A stretch of 64,000 nucleotides of DNA from Bacteroidota bacterium (GCA_027491085.1 JAIXWW010000012.1:170628-234627), one strand, 5' to 3'. Positions 38,057 to 48,695 are shown, counted from the first letter of the stretch. Made by a program: numbers and translations. Notes: a model not told the origin generated them from the sequence alone.

Positions 38057-38867
38057 GTGATTCTAGAATTTCTATTATTTTATTATTCAAATCACTGTTA
38101 ATTTTATTAATCCTGCTAGTATTATACTTCCCGACATTATTGATAGCATAAGCAATACCACCTGAATAAAAAACGTACGAAATGAAAAAACCTGTAAAAA
38201 CTCCTGTTACATAATAACCATGATAAAAGTTGTAAGCTCCCCAAGCCAAACCTGATAAAATTAAGCCTGCATTTATTATTCCATGAGTTGTTTTTCCTAC
38301 ATAAACATGACCTGTTCCTGGTAAAAAGGTTTGTAATGTTTGAGCTGTTTTTACTTTTTTTAGTTTCAAACTAAATGCTTGTTTGTATAATTCATTAATT
38401 GAATTACTATCACTTTTATTTTTTAGTTCCGAAATAAGAAGCGCCTTACTCTCACTCCACTTTTGTAAATTGTTTAAATTAAGAATTTCTAATAAAATTA
38501 GATTTTTACAAAATGCAATATCGTTTATGAAATATTTGATTTTATTCAAATTTAATTCAACTTCATTGTAATTATTGGCCAAATAATTTGAAATAGCTTG
38601 CTCGTAAAAAAGAATAAATTTGCTTGAATCTGATAAATCGTTTTCATTAATTCTATTCAAAGTTTGTATGGCCTCATCATATTTTTTTTGCTCCTTTAGA
38701 TAAATAGCCTTTTTAAAATACAGTAAATTTAAACTATCTAAGTTATTTATACTTTTATAAATTTTTAGTTCATAATCTAGTTCAGTTTGTAAATTATTTA
38801 AATTATTGCTTTGTGCATTAATTAAAATAGTTACGCAGCATAATATTACACTGAAGTAGTACTTCAT
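38037..38867 (-). CDS. hypothetical protein: signal peptide, TPR-like helical region, C-terminal multi-TM domain (paralogue of 38818-39672)
   Basis: Start at MKYYFSVILCCVTILINAQ (cat 38865-38867). C-terminus FLPGTGHVYVGKTTHGIINAGLILSGL... parallels IIPGLGKVYAGKGFDGL in the neighbour. Confidence 0.55.
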   Translation of the reverse strand: MKYYFSVILCCVTILINAQSNNLNNLQTELDYELKIYKSINNLDSLNLLYFKKAIYLKEQKKYDEAIQTLNRINENDLSDSSKFILFYEQAISNYLANNYNEVELNLNKIKYFINDIAFCKNLILLEILNLNNLQKWSESKALLISELKNKSDSNSINELYKQAFSLKLKKVKTAQTLQTFLPGTGHVYVGKTTHGIINAGLILSGLAWGAYNFYHGYYVTGVFTGFFISYVFYSGGIAYAINNVGKYNTSRINKINSDLNNKIIEILESQKKPNQ

Positions 38868-39672
38868 TTTTTCTTTCAAAATCAACCTCCTTTCTACTTA
38901 TTTTTACGTCATGATAACTTGTTAATATATTTCCAATATAAAATAAGGATGTTATGGATGCAAACGTTATGAATCGACCAGAGTTTACTCCTGAATTTTG
39001 TAAACTTTCATTTAGTATAAATACCAAAGGTACATGAGTAAAAAATGTACTAAGGCCGTCAAAACCTTTACCTGCATATACTTTTCCCAAACCAGGTATG
39101 ATTGCTGAAAACATTCCTGCCACAAAACCACTTTTCTCATTTTGAGTTCTTTTACTACTCCATTTGTTCAAAGTAGTTTGTAATGAACTATAAAAATACA
39201 ATGAGTCATTTATTTGAACTATTAAAGAATCATAACTGGAATAGTTTTTATTAATTATTGCATTTGAAGCTAGTAGTAATATTTTAATTTGTTTAATAAC
39301 GGAATCGCTATTTGAAACCGCATTTAAACTCTTAGAAATATCTAATTCAGACTTGTTTAAATAACCTAATGCAATAGCTTGAACCAACTTAGCGTGAGTA
39401 AAAGTAGGTGATGAATTACTTATTTGTTGTAAATTTATTACAGAGGAATCAAATTGTTTTTTTTCATAAAATTGAATTCCCTTTAGAAAATGAATGCTAT
39501 CTTTTTGAATTAGGCCATTTATTGGTAATGAATTATTTAAATAAAGAAGAGCTAAATCCTGTTCCTTTTGATTGATTAAACTTTTATAAAAAATATAGTC
39601 AAATTGGCTTTGGGCTTTCGAATATAAACCCATCATAAGAAGCAAAAAAAATATTTTGAATTTAATACTCAT
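38818..39672 (-). CDS. hypothetical protein: signal peptide, TPR-like helical region, C-terminal multi-TM domain
   Basis: ORF track. TAATG overlap with the upstream YidD-like gene. Its 3' end overlaps the next start by 50 nt. Confidence 0.55.
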   Translation of the reverse strand: MSIKFKIFFLLLMMGLYSKAQSQFDYIFYKSLINQKEQDLALLYLNNSLPINGLIQKDSIHFLKGIQFYEKKQFDSSVINLQQISNSSPTFTHAKLVQAIALGYLNKSELDISKSLNAVSNSDSVIKQIKILLLASNAIINKNYSSYDSLIVQINDSLYFYSSLQTTLNKWSSKRTQNEKSGFVAGMFSAIIPGLGKVYAGKGFDGLSTFFTHVPLVFILNESLQNSGVNSGRFITFASITSLFYIGNILTSYHDVKISRKEVDFERKNEVLLQCNIMLRNYFN

Positions 39673-40109
39673 TAGTGTTTACAACTATATTCTTCAGGAT
39701 TATCAGGAAACTTAAATTGAGAATTTAAATTTCTAATATTCAAACCTAAGACTGTTATTCTATTGCATCTTTGAACCCTATCAGCTGATAAAAAAATGCC
39801 TTTAACAAGTCCATGTTTTTTTATACATTGTTTTGAAAATTCGCTGCATGATGGAGAATAAATACAGCCCGCATTAACTTGACTTGAAAGCACATTTTGA
39901 TAAAAGAACATTAGTCCTGAAAATGTTAAATTAATCGGGTTATAGGCTTGCCATTTATTCTTACTTAAATTGGTGTATTTTCTAATATTTTTTTTAGGAA
40001 TTACACTTTCATTTTTTTGTTTAATTAATAACAAATCCGAACTTGATATTTGCGCAGAAACTGTTGCTTTCAATACAATAATTGAAAAAATAAATAGAAA
40101 GAACCTCAT
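39672..40109 (-). CDS. YidD-family (PF01809-like) protein, unusually long (145 aa) with N-terminal signal/anchor
   Basis: FYQNVLSSQVNAGCIYSPSCSEFSKQCIKKHGLVKGIFLSADRVQRCN matches the YidD core (YQ..S....C.F.PSCS.Y....I.K.G...G......R..RC). Confidence 0.7.
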   Translation of the reverse strand: MRFFLFIFSIIVLKATVSAQISSSDLLLIKQKNESVIPKKNIRKYTNLSKNKWQAYNPINLTFSGLMFFYQNVLSSQVNAGCIYSPSCSEFSKQCIKKHGLVKGIFLSADRVQRCNRITVLGLNIRNLNSQFKFPDNPEEYSCKH

Positions 40110-40816
40110 TTTTTCTCAATTTTTATAAGTTTTGCATTTGAAGGAATAATAAAATTAAGGTAAGAATTACTTACATTTCCATTCAATTTAATATTTGAAA
40201 AAACTGTTTTTTCTACTGTTGAATCACCATTTTCAAAATAATTAATATTGGTAATAGCCAAAGGAAAATTGATATTGAATACTTTTGAATAATTGTAATA
40301 ATAACTACGCTTGATAACTTGATTTTTATTGTTTATGAACTTAGTGAAAACTGGTTTTCCTTGTTGGTAAACTAATTCAACTGAGCTAAAAAGTTTCATG
40401 TAATTAGTAGAAGGCATCCAAGTTGTAATCATATAACCATTTTCAAACTTTGTACCTTTTAAAGTAAAACCTAAACTACGAAGTCCTAACTCATTATTTT
40501 TATCTTTTAAAAAATAGTATAGAGTAGAAGTTTCGGTACTTTGCATGTAGTTAAAATCTTTGTAAACAGAATTTTCTGACGGATTATAAATACTTAAATC
40601 GCCTTTAGAGTTATTAATTACAATTGTTTCAATTGGAGATAAAACATGGGTAACCATTTTACCGTCAACATTGTAGAATATATCTGCATTTGTTACAATT
40701 AGTTTGCCTTTAACCGATTTTTTACTTTGCATGGTAAAACTAATTTTTTCAAAGTTTTCGTTTGCTGTTTTAAAACTAAAAAGCATCAAAACTAAAAAAA
40801 CTGTAAGCAGTTTCAT
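40106..40816 (-). CDS. hypothetical secreted protein (possibly LolA-like beta fold, weak inference)
   Basis: Start at MKLLTVFLVLMLFSF (cat 40814-40816). ATGA overlap with the YidD-like gene. No motif recognised. Confidence 0.5.
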   Translation of the reverse strand: MKLLTVFLVLMLFSFKTANENFEKISFTMQSKKSVKGKLIVTNADIFYNVDGKMVTHVLSPIETIVINNSKGDLSIYNPSENSVYKDFNYMQSTETSTLYYFLKDKNNELGLRSLGFTLKGTKFENGYMITTWMPSTNYMKLFSSVELVYQQGKPVFTKFINNKNQVIKRSYYYNYSKVFNINFPLAITNINYFENGDSTVEKTVFSNIKLNGNVSNSYLNFIIPSNAKLIKIEKK

Positions 40817-40853
40817 GTGCTTACAGTTTTTAATAATAACTAATTGAATTTGC

Positions 40854-42395
40854 TTACTTAGCATAATTTACTGCTCTTCTTTCGCGTATAACAGTTACTT
40901 TAATCTGACCTGGATAAGTCATTTCAGTTTGAATACGGTTAGATAATTGTAATGAAATCATTTCTGATTCTTCATCAGTTACTTTTTCGCTTTCAACCAT
41001 TACGCGTAATTCACGACCAGCTTGAATAGCAAATGCTTTTTCTACACCTTTAAAACTTAAAGCCATATCTTCCAATGTTTTTAATCGTTTCATGTAATTT
41101 TCAGTATCTTCACGTCTTGCACCTGGTCTAGCTCCACTTATAGCATCACAAGCTTGAACAATTGGCGATAACATACTTGTCATCTCAATTTCATCGTGAT
41201 GGGCACCAATAGCGTTTACTACTTCAGGATGTTCTTTATATTTTTCGGCTAATTTCATACCTAATAATGCATGTGGAGTTTCCGCATCGTCATCTGGTAC
41301 TTTACCAATATCGTGTAATAAACCTGCACGTTTAGCTAATTTTACATTTAAGCCCAATTCGGCTGCCATGGTAGCACATAAGTTTGCTACTTCTCTACTG
41401 TGCATTAATAAGTTTTGGCCATAACTACTTCTGTATTTCATCCTACCAACCATTCTTATCAATTCAGGGTGTAAACCATGAATTCCTAGATCAATACAAG
41501 TACGTTCGCCTATTTCTACAATTTCATCTTCAATTTGTTTTTTAGTTTTAGCTACTACCTCTTCAATACGCGCTGGGTGAATACGTCCATCGGTAACCAA
41601 GCGGTGAATTGCCAAACGAGCAATTTCGCGTCTAATTGGATCAAAACATGAAAGAATAATTGCTTCTGGGGTATCATCTACAATAAATTCAACACCGGTA
41701 GCAGCTTCCAATGCCCTGATATTTCTTCCTTCTCTACCAATAATACGGCCTTTTAATTCATCGCTTTCTATATTAAATACAGAGATGGCATTTTCAATAG
41801 CATGTTCAGCAGCAGTACGTTGAATAGTTCCTAAAATAATTTTTTTAGCTTCTTTATTAGCTGTTAATTTAGCCTCGTCAACAATATCTTTAACCCTACT
41901 TAAGGCTTCAGTTCTTGCTTGATCTGTTAAAGTTTCAACCAATTGTTTTTTAGCTTCTTCGGCAGTTAAACCAGCAATTTTCTCTAATTGCTTTTGTTGG
42001 TTTAATAATGCTTTTTCGGCTTCTTGTTGCTTTAACTTTACTGTTTCTTGTTGTTTTGTTAAAGTTTGTTTGATTTGCTCTAATTCAGCATCTTTTTTTG
42101 TTGCAGCCTCTGTTTTTTGCTTTAAGCTGTTTTCAACTTGCTTCAGTCTGTTTTCGTTCTGAGCAATCTCGCTGTTGCGTTTGTTTACTTCTTTTTCGTG
42201 TTCCGATTTTAATTGAATAAATCGTTCTTTGGCTTCAAGCTCTTTTTTCTTTTTGTTAATTTCGGCTTGTGCTTCTGCGTCTTTAATTAGGGTGTTGGCT
42301 TTGTTTTTTAGCAAATTATTATTTACAATAAATGCAACAACAGCTCCTCCACCAAATGTAAGCATAGCAATAATTACTACTAAATAAATTTCCAT
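40854..42395 (-). CDS. rny: ribonuclease Y
   Basis: N-terminal TM helix, coiled coil, KH domain ([15 protein letters not shown]), HD domain (HSREVA...LLHDIGK). Confidence 0.95.
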   Translation of the reverse strand: MEIYLVVIIAMLTFGGGAVVAFIVNNNLLKNKANTLIKDAEAQAEINKKKKELEAKERFIQLKSEHEKEVNKRNSEIAQNENRLKQVENSLKQKTEAATKKDAELEQIKQTLTKQQETVKLKQQEAEKALLNQQKQLEKIAGLTAEEAKKQLVETLTDQARTEALSRVKDIVDEAKLTANKEAKKIILGTIQRTAAEHAIENAISVFNIESDELKGRIIGREGRNIRALEAATGVEFIVDDTPEAIILSCFDPIRREIARLAIHRLVTDGRIHPARIEEVVAKTKKQIEDEIVEIGERTCIDLGIHGLHPELIRMVGRMKYRSSYGQNLLMHSREVANLCATMAAELGLNVKLAKRAGLLHDIGKVPDDDAETPHALLGMKLAEKYKEHPEVVNAIGAHHDEIEMTSMLSPIVQACDAISGARPGARREDTENYMKRLKTLEDMALSFKGVEKAFAIQAGRELRVMVESEKVTDEESEMISLQLSNRIQTEMTYPGQIKVTVIRERRAVNYAK

Positions 42396-42485
42396 TTGTT
42401 TTTGGTTTAACTTTTTGTTTTAATTCATAATATCAAAAGTAACAATTAGTTACAATTGATAAAGTTAAACAGCTAAAACTAGCTT

Positions 42486-42773
42486 TTACAGTTGAACAGA
42501 AGCCAATAGTTGCTTTATTTCAAGCAATTCTTTGTTAGTTTGCTCCGTGTTTGCTTCCAATTGCAAACTCATTTTTTGATACTCGGCAGCTATTTCTAAA
42601 GCGAACATGGCCAATGCATCTTGGTTATCTTTTAACGAAAACTGTTCGCCATAGGCTTGCACTTTTTCGTTTATCATTTTGCTCATAGCCCTAATATTTT
42701 GCTCATCGCTTGCGGCAATGGTTAGCGGATATTTGCGCCCAGCTATCCTGATATTTATTGATATTTCGTTCAA
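42486..42773 (-). CDS. zapA: cell division protein ZapA
   Basis: 95 aa. ISINIRIAGRKYPLTIAASDEQ... pattern and the conserved position between pheT and rny. Confidence 0.8.
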   Translation of the reverse strand: MNEISINIRIAGRKYPLTIAASDEQNIRAMSKMINEKVQAYGEQFSLKDNQDALAMFALEIAAEYQKMSLQLEANTEQTNKELLEIKQLLASVQL

Positions 42774-42786
42774 ACTGTTAAGTAAT

Positions 42787-43077
42787 TTAAGTGCTTAACA
42801 TTTTTATACATTCATCTATTAGTTTTATTTTTTCAGTTAATTCTTTTTTCAACTGTTTTTTTTCTAAATCTGATAAATGCATTTCACTCGCAAGTTTAAT
42901 AATTTTATTGTTATCTTCTAACTGTTCTATACTATTTTTTTGATTTTGTATAAATTTTTTTAATTCCTCGTTTTCATTTTTTAACTCCATATTGCTAATG
43001 CTCAATTTTTTATTTTGCGCTAGCAGCTTTAAAACTTTCAGTTTTATTTCAGTTGTTAACAATGAATTTTGATTCAT
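42787..43077 (-). CDS. hypothetical coiled-coil protein (96 aa)
   Basis: ORF track. Heptad-rich K/E/L composition and the conserved slot upstream of zapA. Confidence 0.5.
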   Translation of the reverse strand: MNQNSLLTTEIKLKVLKLLAQNKKLSISNMELKNENEELKKFIQNQKNSIEQLEDNNKIIKLASEMHLSDLEKKQLKKELTEKIKLIDECIKMLST

Positions 43078-43098
43078 TTTTCAGTTTTCGATAAATTT

Positions 43099-45528
43099 TT
43101 ATGCTCTTAAACTAGCTCCAACTTCTTTTTCAAAGTTCTTAATTAATTTTTTCATAACCGAGTCAATTTCCTCTTCAGTTAAGGTTTTGTTTTCATCTTG
43201 CAGCATAAAACTTAAAGCGTAACTCTTTTTACCGCTTTCTATTTTATCGCCTTTGTATACATCAAAAACATTTACTTGCTTGATTAAATTACTATCTGTT
43301 TTTACTGCAATTTTTTCTAATTGCGCATAATTAATTGCGTCATCTATCAACAAAGCTAAATCGCGCCTAACTGCTGGAAACGCTGGAACTAACTTAATGG
43401 TAGTTTTTTCGTTTTTGTTTAATTCAACTAATAAATCAACATTGATATCAGCATAAAAAACAGGCGCATTTAAATCAAATTTATCAGCTAATTTTTGATT
43501 TACGGTTCCCACTATAGCAATTTGTTTTTGCTTATAATTTACCGCAACAGCGTAATCAAAATTGGAATTTTCAGTTAAAACAAACTCCAATTTAGTTAAT
43601 TTACTTTTAGCTAAAATATTTTGAACAAATCCTTTGATAATATAATAGTTAGCTTGCTTGTTATTTTGATTCCAATTTTCGCTTTCAACAGAGCCTGTCA
43701 TAGCTAAAACCAGGTGCGATTGCTCCACATAATTTTCTAGTAAATTAATTCCACCAGCTTCGGTTTTATTGCCTTTAAAGTAAGTTTTGCCAAACTCATA
43801 AAACTTTAAATTGCTTAATTTACGGTTATTATTGTATTGCAAAGCCTCTAAAACACTTGGCAACATATTTAAACGCATAATGTCTAAATCGCTGCTTAAC
43901 GGATTCAACATTTTAACTGCATTTTGCAATTCATCCTCGCTGTAATAAGCCGATTTTGTTAAGGTATTAGTAGCAATTTCGTTAAAACCATTTGCACTTA
44001 AATAATCAGCTAAGTTGTTTTTTAGTTTAACTTTTTGCTCAGTTTCGTTGTATGAAATGGTTGATTTAATATCGTTTCCAATTTCAATATTGTTTAAACC
44101 ATAAATACGTAAAATTTCTTCAGTAACATCTGCAGGTCTGGTAACATCAGAACGATAAGGAGGAATTGAAATGATTAATACATCACCTTTATCAGCTATT
44201 ATTTCAATATCTAAAGCAGTTAAAATCTGTGTGACTCTCTCTTTTTCAATTTCTTTTCCAATTAATTGATTTGATTTGGTCAACGAAAATTCAATAATTG
44301 TATTTTCAATTTTGGCTGGATAAACATCAATGATTGCTGAACTAATATTACCACCAGCTATTTCGATAATTAAATTAGCAACGCGTTTTAAGGCTATTTC
44401 AGTAATATTAGGGTCAGTTCCTCTTTCATATCTAAAACTTGCATCGGTGCTTAAACCATGCGCTTTTGCAGCTTTTCTAATGGTTGCTGCATCAAAATAA
44501 GCACTTTCTAAAAATATATTCTTAGTTGTATCGGATATTCCTGAATCTAATCCACCAAAAACACCTGCTAATGCCAAAGGTTTTTCTGAATCACAAATCA
44601 TGCACTCGTGTCCTTTTAAGGTACGTTCTACTTTGTCTAAAGTAGTAAATTTACTGACAGCTACGGCTTTTTTCACTATTATTTGATTACCTTTAATTTT
44701 ATCAGCATCAAAAGCATGTAAAGGTTGTCCTAATTCATGTAAAACATAATTGGTAGCATCCACAATATTGTTAATAGGGCTAATGCCAATGGCGCGCAAT
44801 CTGTTTTGCATCCATTCAGGCGAAGGTTTTACTTCAATATTTGAAATGCTCAATCCCGTATAACGTTTGCAACCTTCAGTATCATCTATTGAAACAGCAT
44901 AGGGTTTTGAATCTATATGTTGAATTTCGAATTTCGAATTTCGAATTTCGAAATTTGTAATTGCCCTTAAATCTCTCGCAGTACCCAAATGACTGGCAGC
45001 ATCGCCTCTATTAGCTGTTAAGCCTATTTCAAAAACAAAATCGTTATAAACTTTAAAATATTCAGATGCAGGTTTTCCTACTTCGTAGTTATCGGGTAAA
45101 ATTAAAATACCATCATGACTTTCACCTAAACCAATTTCATCTTCAGCACAAATCATTCCTTCGCTCACTTCGCCTCTAATTTTTGATTTGCTAATTTTAA
45201 AAGGCTCTCCTTTGCTTGGGTATAAAGTAGCTCCAACTGTTGCCACCAATACTTTTTGACCAGCGGCCACATTAGGTGCTCCGCAAACAATTTGTTTATC
45301 TTCGCCTGTGCCAATATCAACTTTACAAACACTTAATTTGTCGGCATTTGGATGTTTTTCTCTTTCTTTAACAAAGCCAATAACAATGCCTTCTAAACCA
45401 CCCTTAATGCTTTGGTAATTTTCAACATTTTCTACCTCTAATCCGCAACCAGTAAGCATTTGGCTTACTTCGTTAGGAGTTGAATTTATATCAATAATAT
45501 CTTTTAACCAGTTATAACTTATTTTCAT
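43099..45528 (-). CDS. pheT: phenylalanine--tRNA ligase beta subunit
   Basis: 809 aa. MKISYNWLKD start, tRNA-binding OB domain, B3/4 and B5 domains, C-terminal FDX-ACB-like domain. Confidence 0.95.
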   Translation of the reverse strand: MKISYNWLKDIIDINSTPNEVSQMLTGCGLEVENVENYQSIKGGLEGIVIGFVKEREKHPNADKLSVCKVDIGTGEDKQIVCGAPNVAAGQKVLVATVGATLYPSKGEPFKISKSKIRGEVSEGMICAEDEIGLGESHDGILILPDNYEVGKPASEYFKVYNDFVFEIGLTANRGDAASHLGTARDLRAITNFEIRNSKFEIQHIDSKPYAVSIDDTEGCKRYTGLSISNIEVKPSPEWMQNRLRAIGISPINNIVDATNYVLHELGQPLHAFDADKIKGNQIIVKKAVAVSKFTTLDKVERTLKGHECMICDSEKPLALAGVFGGLDSGISDTTKNIFLESAYFDAATIRKAAKAHGLSTDASFRYERGTDPNITEIALKRVANLIIEIAGGNISSAIIDVYPAKIENTIIEFSLTKSNQLIGKEIEKERVTQILTALDIEIIADKGDVLIISIPPYRSDVTRPADVTEEILRIYGLNNIEIGNDIKSTISYNETEQKVKLKNNLADYLSANGFNEIATNTLTKSAYYSEDELQNAVKMLNPLSSDLDIMRLNMLPSVLEALQYNNNRKLSNLKFYEFGKTYFKGNKTEAGGINLLENYVEQSHLVLAMTGSVESENWNQNNKQANYYIIKGFVQNILAKSKLTKLEFVLTENSNFDYAVAVNYKQKQIAIVGTVNQKLADKFDLNAPVFYADINVDLLVELNKNEKTTIKLVPAFPAVRRDLALLIDDAINYAQLEKIAVKTDSNLIKQVNVFDVYKGDKIESGKKSYALSFMLQDENKTLTEEEIDSVMKKLIKNFEKEVGASLRA
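44922..44957 (-). repeat. heptanucleotide tandem repeat gaatttc x4 (+ gaaatttg) inside the pheT coding sequence
   Basis: Plus strand tgaatttcgaatttcgaatttcgaatttcgaaatttg. It encodes NFEIRNSKFEIQ (3 units = 7 codons, hence the FEI..FEI peptide echo). Confidence 0.9.
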
Positions 45529-45607
45529 TAATGAATAATTGTAATTGTTTTATAAAAATTTGTGTGCGAAAATAACAAAATGCAGGATAGGATTGCTATT
45601 TTTGAAT

Positions 45608-45967
45608 ATGAAAAAAACTTTAGTAATAGGTGCAAGCCCTAATCCTGATAGATATGCCTACTTGGCAACTGAAATGCTCAAGGAATACAAACATCCTGTT
45701 TTTGCATTTGGCTTAAAAAAAGGAATGATTAATGAAACCGAAATACAAACTGAATGGCCTAATAATGAAGAATTTGACACTGTAACTTTGTATGTTGGGC
45801 CGCAAAATCAAGCCGATTATTTTAATAAGGTAGTGAGTTTAAAACCCAATCGAGTAATTTTTAATCCCGGAACCGAAAATAAGGAATTTGAAAATTTATT
45901 GATTCAAAATAATATTGAACCCATTGAAGCTTGTACTTTGGTTCTGTTAAGAACTAACCAGTTTTAA
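45608..45967 (+). CDS. CoA-binding domain protein
   Basis: Start at MKKTLVIGASPNPDRYAY. Short YccU/YneT-like CoA-binding pattern. Confidence 0.75.
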   Translation: MKKTLVIGASPNPDRYAYLATEMLKEYKHPVFAFGLKKGMINETEIQTEWPNNEEFDTVTLYVGPQNQADYFNKVVSLKPNRVIFNPGTENKEFENLLIQNNIEPIEACTLVLLRTNQF

Positions 45968-45976
45968 TAAAAAAAA

Positions 45977-46011
45977 CACCTTGCAACTGATTAAAAGTGC
46001 AAGGTGTTTTT
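45977..46011. terminator. bidirectional rho-independent terminator
   Basis: caccttgca-N12-tgcaaggtg flanked by A-run and T-run. Confidence 0.8.
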
Positions 46012-46016
46012 GGATA

Positions 46017-46913
46017 TTATCTATGATTTTTGAATCTATCACTAACCACTAACTCTTTACTACCTGCTGTATGAACATAAAAACCTTCCCCAGATTTAAC
46101 TCCTAAATTACCTGCAGTAACCATATTTACCAATAATGGCGATGGTGCATATCTGTGATCGCCTAAACCTTCGTGTAGTACATTCATAATAGCTAAACAT
46201 ACATCTAAGCCAATAAAATCAGCTAATTGTAATGGACCCATTGGATGAGCCATACCAAGTTTCATAACAGTATCAATTGATTCAACCGAACCAACTCCAT
46301 GTTGTAAACAGAAAATAGCTTCGTTAATCATTGGCATCAAAATACGATTTGCAATAAAACCAGCGTAATCATTTGCCAAAGCAGGAATTTTACCAACTGC
46401 TTTCGATAATTCGATAATTGTGGCAGTAACTTCTTCACTTGTTTTAAAACCATTAATTACTTCAACCAATTTCATTACTGGAACCGGATTCATAAAGTGC
46501 ATACCTATTACTTTATCAGCGCGTTTAGTAACACTTGCTATTTTAGTTATTGATATTGACGAAGTGTTAGATGCTAAAATAGTATGAGCTGGACAAATTT
46601 CATCCAATTGTTTGAATATATCTAATTTAATAGCCATATTTTCGCTTGCCGCTTCAACTACTAAATCTGCATTGCTTGCAGCATCTTTTAAATTGGTATA
46701 TGTAGTAATATTGGCTAAAGTAGCCGTTTTATCAGCTTCTGTAATGGAGCCTTTTGCAACCTGACGATCAAGATTTTTAGCAATGGTAGCCAATGCTTTT
46801 TGCAAAGCAACTTCATTAACATCAATTAAATTTACTTGGTAGCCAAATTGAGCAAATGTATGTGCTATACCATTCCCCATTGTTCCAGAACCAATTACTG
46901 TAATATTTTTCAT
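46017..46913 (-). CDS. hbd: 3-hydroxybutyryl-CoA / 3-hydroxyacyl-CoA dehydrogenase
   Basis: ITVIGSGTMGNGIA Rossmann motif. HFMNPVPVMKLVE. C-terminal dimerisation domain (GMAHPMGPLQLADFIGLD). Confidence 0.9.
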   Translation of the reverse strand: MKNITVIGSGTMGNGIAHTFAQFGYQVNLIDVNEVALQKALATIAKNLDRQVAKGSITEADKTATLANITTYTNLKDAASNADLVVEAASENMAIKLDIFKQLDEICPAHTILASNTSSISITKIASVTKRADKVIGMHFMNPVPVMKLVEVINGFKTSEEVTATIIELSKAVGKIPALANDYAGFIANRILMPMINEAIFCLQHGVGSVESIDTVMKLGMAHPMGPLQLADFIGLDVCLAIMNVLHEGLGDHRYAPSPLLVNMVTAGNLGVKSGEGFYVHTAGSKELVVSDRFKNHR

Positions 46914-47115
46914 TATTCTTTTCTATGTTTAGTTTTTTTTGAAAGGCAAATCTATTAAACACTTGCGCTTTAACAAATGTAAAATTTATGATGTTTACTA
47001 TTTTTATATAACGACTAGGAAAATTACTAAACTTAAAAATTTATTAAACTTATTAACTTGTGTGTATGGGCTTATATTTTTATTAATTTTACCCCGAAAT
47101 CATAACAATATACTT

Positions 47116-48657
47116 ATGCGTATTTTAAAAATATCATTACTAATTTTATTCTCAGTATTCAATTGTGCAATATTTGCACAAAAACTAGATTCAAAAAAAG
47201 TTCCAACAAATCAGCCTCAAGGTCATTCAATTTCAATAACTTTGAAAGGATACCCCAATAAGATGTTTTATTTAGGATATTATTTTGGCGATAAACAGTA
47301 TTTGCGAGACAGTGCAGTAACAGATGCTAAAGGTAAAATGATTTTTAAAGATAACAAAACCTTAGAAGGTGGAGTTTATTTAATTGCAACTGCTGACAAA
47401 TCATTACTTTTTGATTTTATAGTTACCGAACAACATTTTTCATTAGAAACAGACACCAATGGTATCATTGAAAACATGAAAATAACAAACTCACCTGAAA
47501 ATGTTGCCTTTTTTGAATACACTAAATTTACAAGCACAGTTGGAAGAAAAGCAAGTATTTTAGAACCTAAAATAAAAGCTGCTAAAGAAAATAAAAACAA
47601 GGAAGAGGAAGATAAATTAATGTCAGAGTACAAATTATTGATGACTAATTTAAATGCTGAACGAAAAAGAATTTTAGAGGCAAATCCGACCTTTTTAATT
47701 AGTAAAATTTTTAAAATGATGCAGGAAATTGATGTACCTGAAGCTCCTAAGAATGAAAAAGGTGATTTAATTGATTCTAATTTCCAATATCAATATTATA
47801 AAACTCATTACTTTGATAATTTTGATTTTTCGGATGAAAGAATCACGAGAACGCCTACTTTTTTTCCAAAATTTGAAACTTATATGTTAAAAGTAGTACC
47901 TCAAATTCCTGATAGTATTATTGTTGGTGCTGATTTGATGCTAAAGCAAGCTAGTAAAGGAAAAGAAAATTTTAAATTTTGCTTATTTTGGACCACAAAC
48001 CATTACGAAGCATCTCAATACATGGGAATGGATGCTGTATTTGTGCACTTAATTGACAATTACTACGCTAAAGGAAAAGCTTATTGGGTTGATAGTTTAT
48101 TAATTTGGAAAATGAAAGATAAGTGTGATAAACTTCGCAATAACTTAATAGGTGTAAAAGCTAAGAATTTAAGTATGCTAGACACTAACAATCGTTATCA
48201 TGCACTTTATAATATGGATTCTAAATATACACTTGTTATGTTTTGGAATGCTACATGCGGACACTGTAAAGAAGAAATGCCTAAAGTAGTAGAAGCATAC
48301 AATGAATTAAATAAGGATGTAATTGAAAAAAATTTAGCACTTTCAAAAATTAAAACTAAAGATAAAATTGGCCCTAAATTATTACCTTTAAGATTTGATG
48401 TATTTTCAGTTAGTTTAACTGAAAGTGTAGATGATTGGAAAAAGTACTTAATTGAACAAAAATTACCATGGAAATTAAATGTTTATGACCCATTGAATGA
48501 AACAAATTTCCGACAATACTATGATGTTTACAGCACACCAGTGCTTTACATATTAGATAGCAATAAAAAAGTGATAGCAAAGCGAATAGCAGCAAACCAA
48601 ATCAAAGAGTTTGTTGAAAATGCTGAAAAGTTTGAAAAAGAAAAAAATAACAAGTAA
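47116..48657 (+). CDS. thioredoxin-fold (TlpA/redoxin-like) protein with large N-terminal DUF5106-like domain
   Basis: Start at MRILKISLLILFSVFNCAIFAQ (signal). WNATCGHCKEE CxxC motif. Confidence 0.72.
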   Translation: MRILKISLLILFSVFNCAIFAQKLDSKKVPTNQPQGHSISITLKGYPNKMFYLGYYFGDKQYLRDSAVTDAKGKMIFKDNKTLEGGVYLIATADKSLLFDFIVTEQHFSLETDTNGIIENMKITNSPENVAFFEYTKFTSTVGRKASILEPKIKAAKENKNKEEEDKLMSEYKLLMTNLNAERKRILEANPTFLISKIFKMMQEIDVPEAPKNEKGDLIDSNFQYQYYKTHYFDNFDFSDERITRTPTFFPKFETYMLKVVPQIPDSIIVGADLMLKQASKGKENFKFCLFWTTNHYEASQYMGMDAVFVHLIDNYYAKGKAYWVDSLLIWKMKDKCDKLRNNLIGVKAKNLSMLDTNNRYHALYNMDSKYTLVMFWNATCGHCKEEMPKVVEAYNELNKDVIEKNLALSKIKTKDKIGPKLLPLRFDVFSVSLTESVDDWKKYLIEQKLPWKLNVYDPLNETNFRQYYDVYSTPVLYILDSNKKVIAKRIAANQIKEFVENAEKFEKEKNNK

Positions 48658-48663
48658 TAAAAA

Positions 48664-48695
48664 AGCCGACCCTAATAATCAAGGTCGGCTTTTTT
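48664..48695. terminator. bidirectional rho-independent terminator
   Basis: agccgacc-N11-ggtcggct plus T5. Confidence 0.8.
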
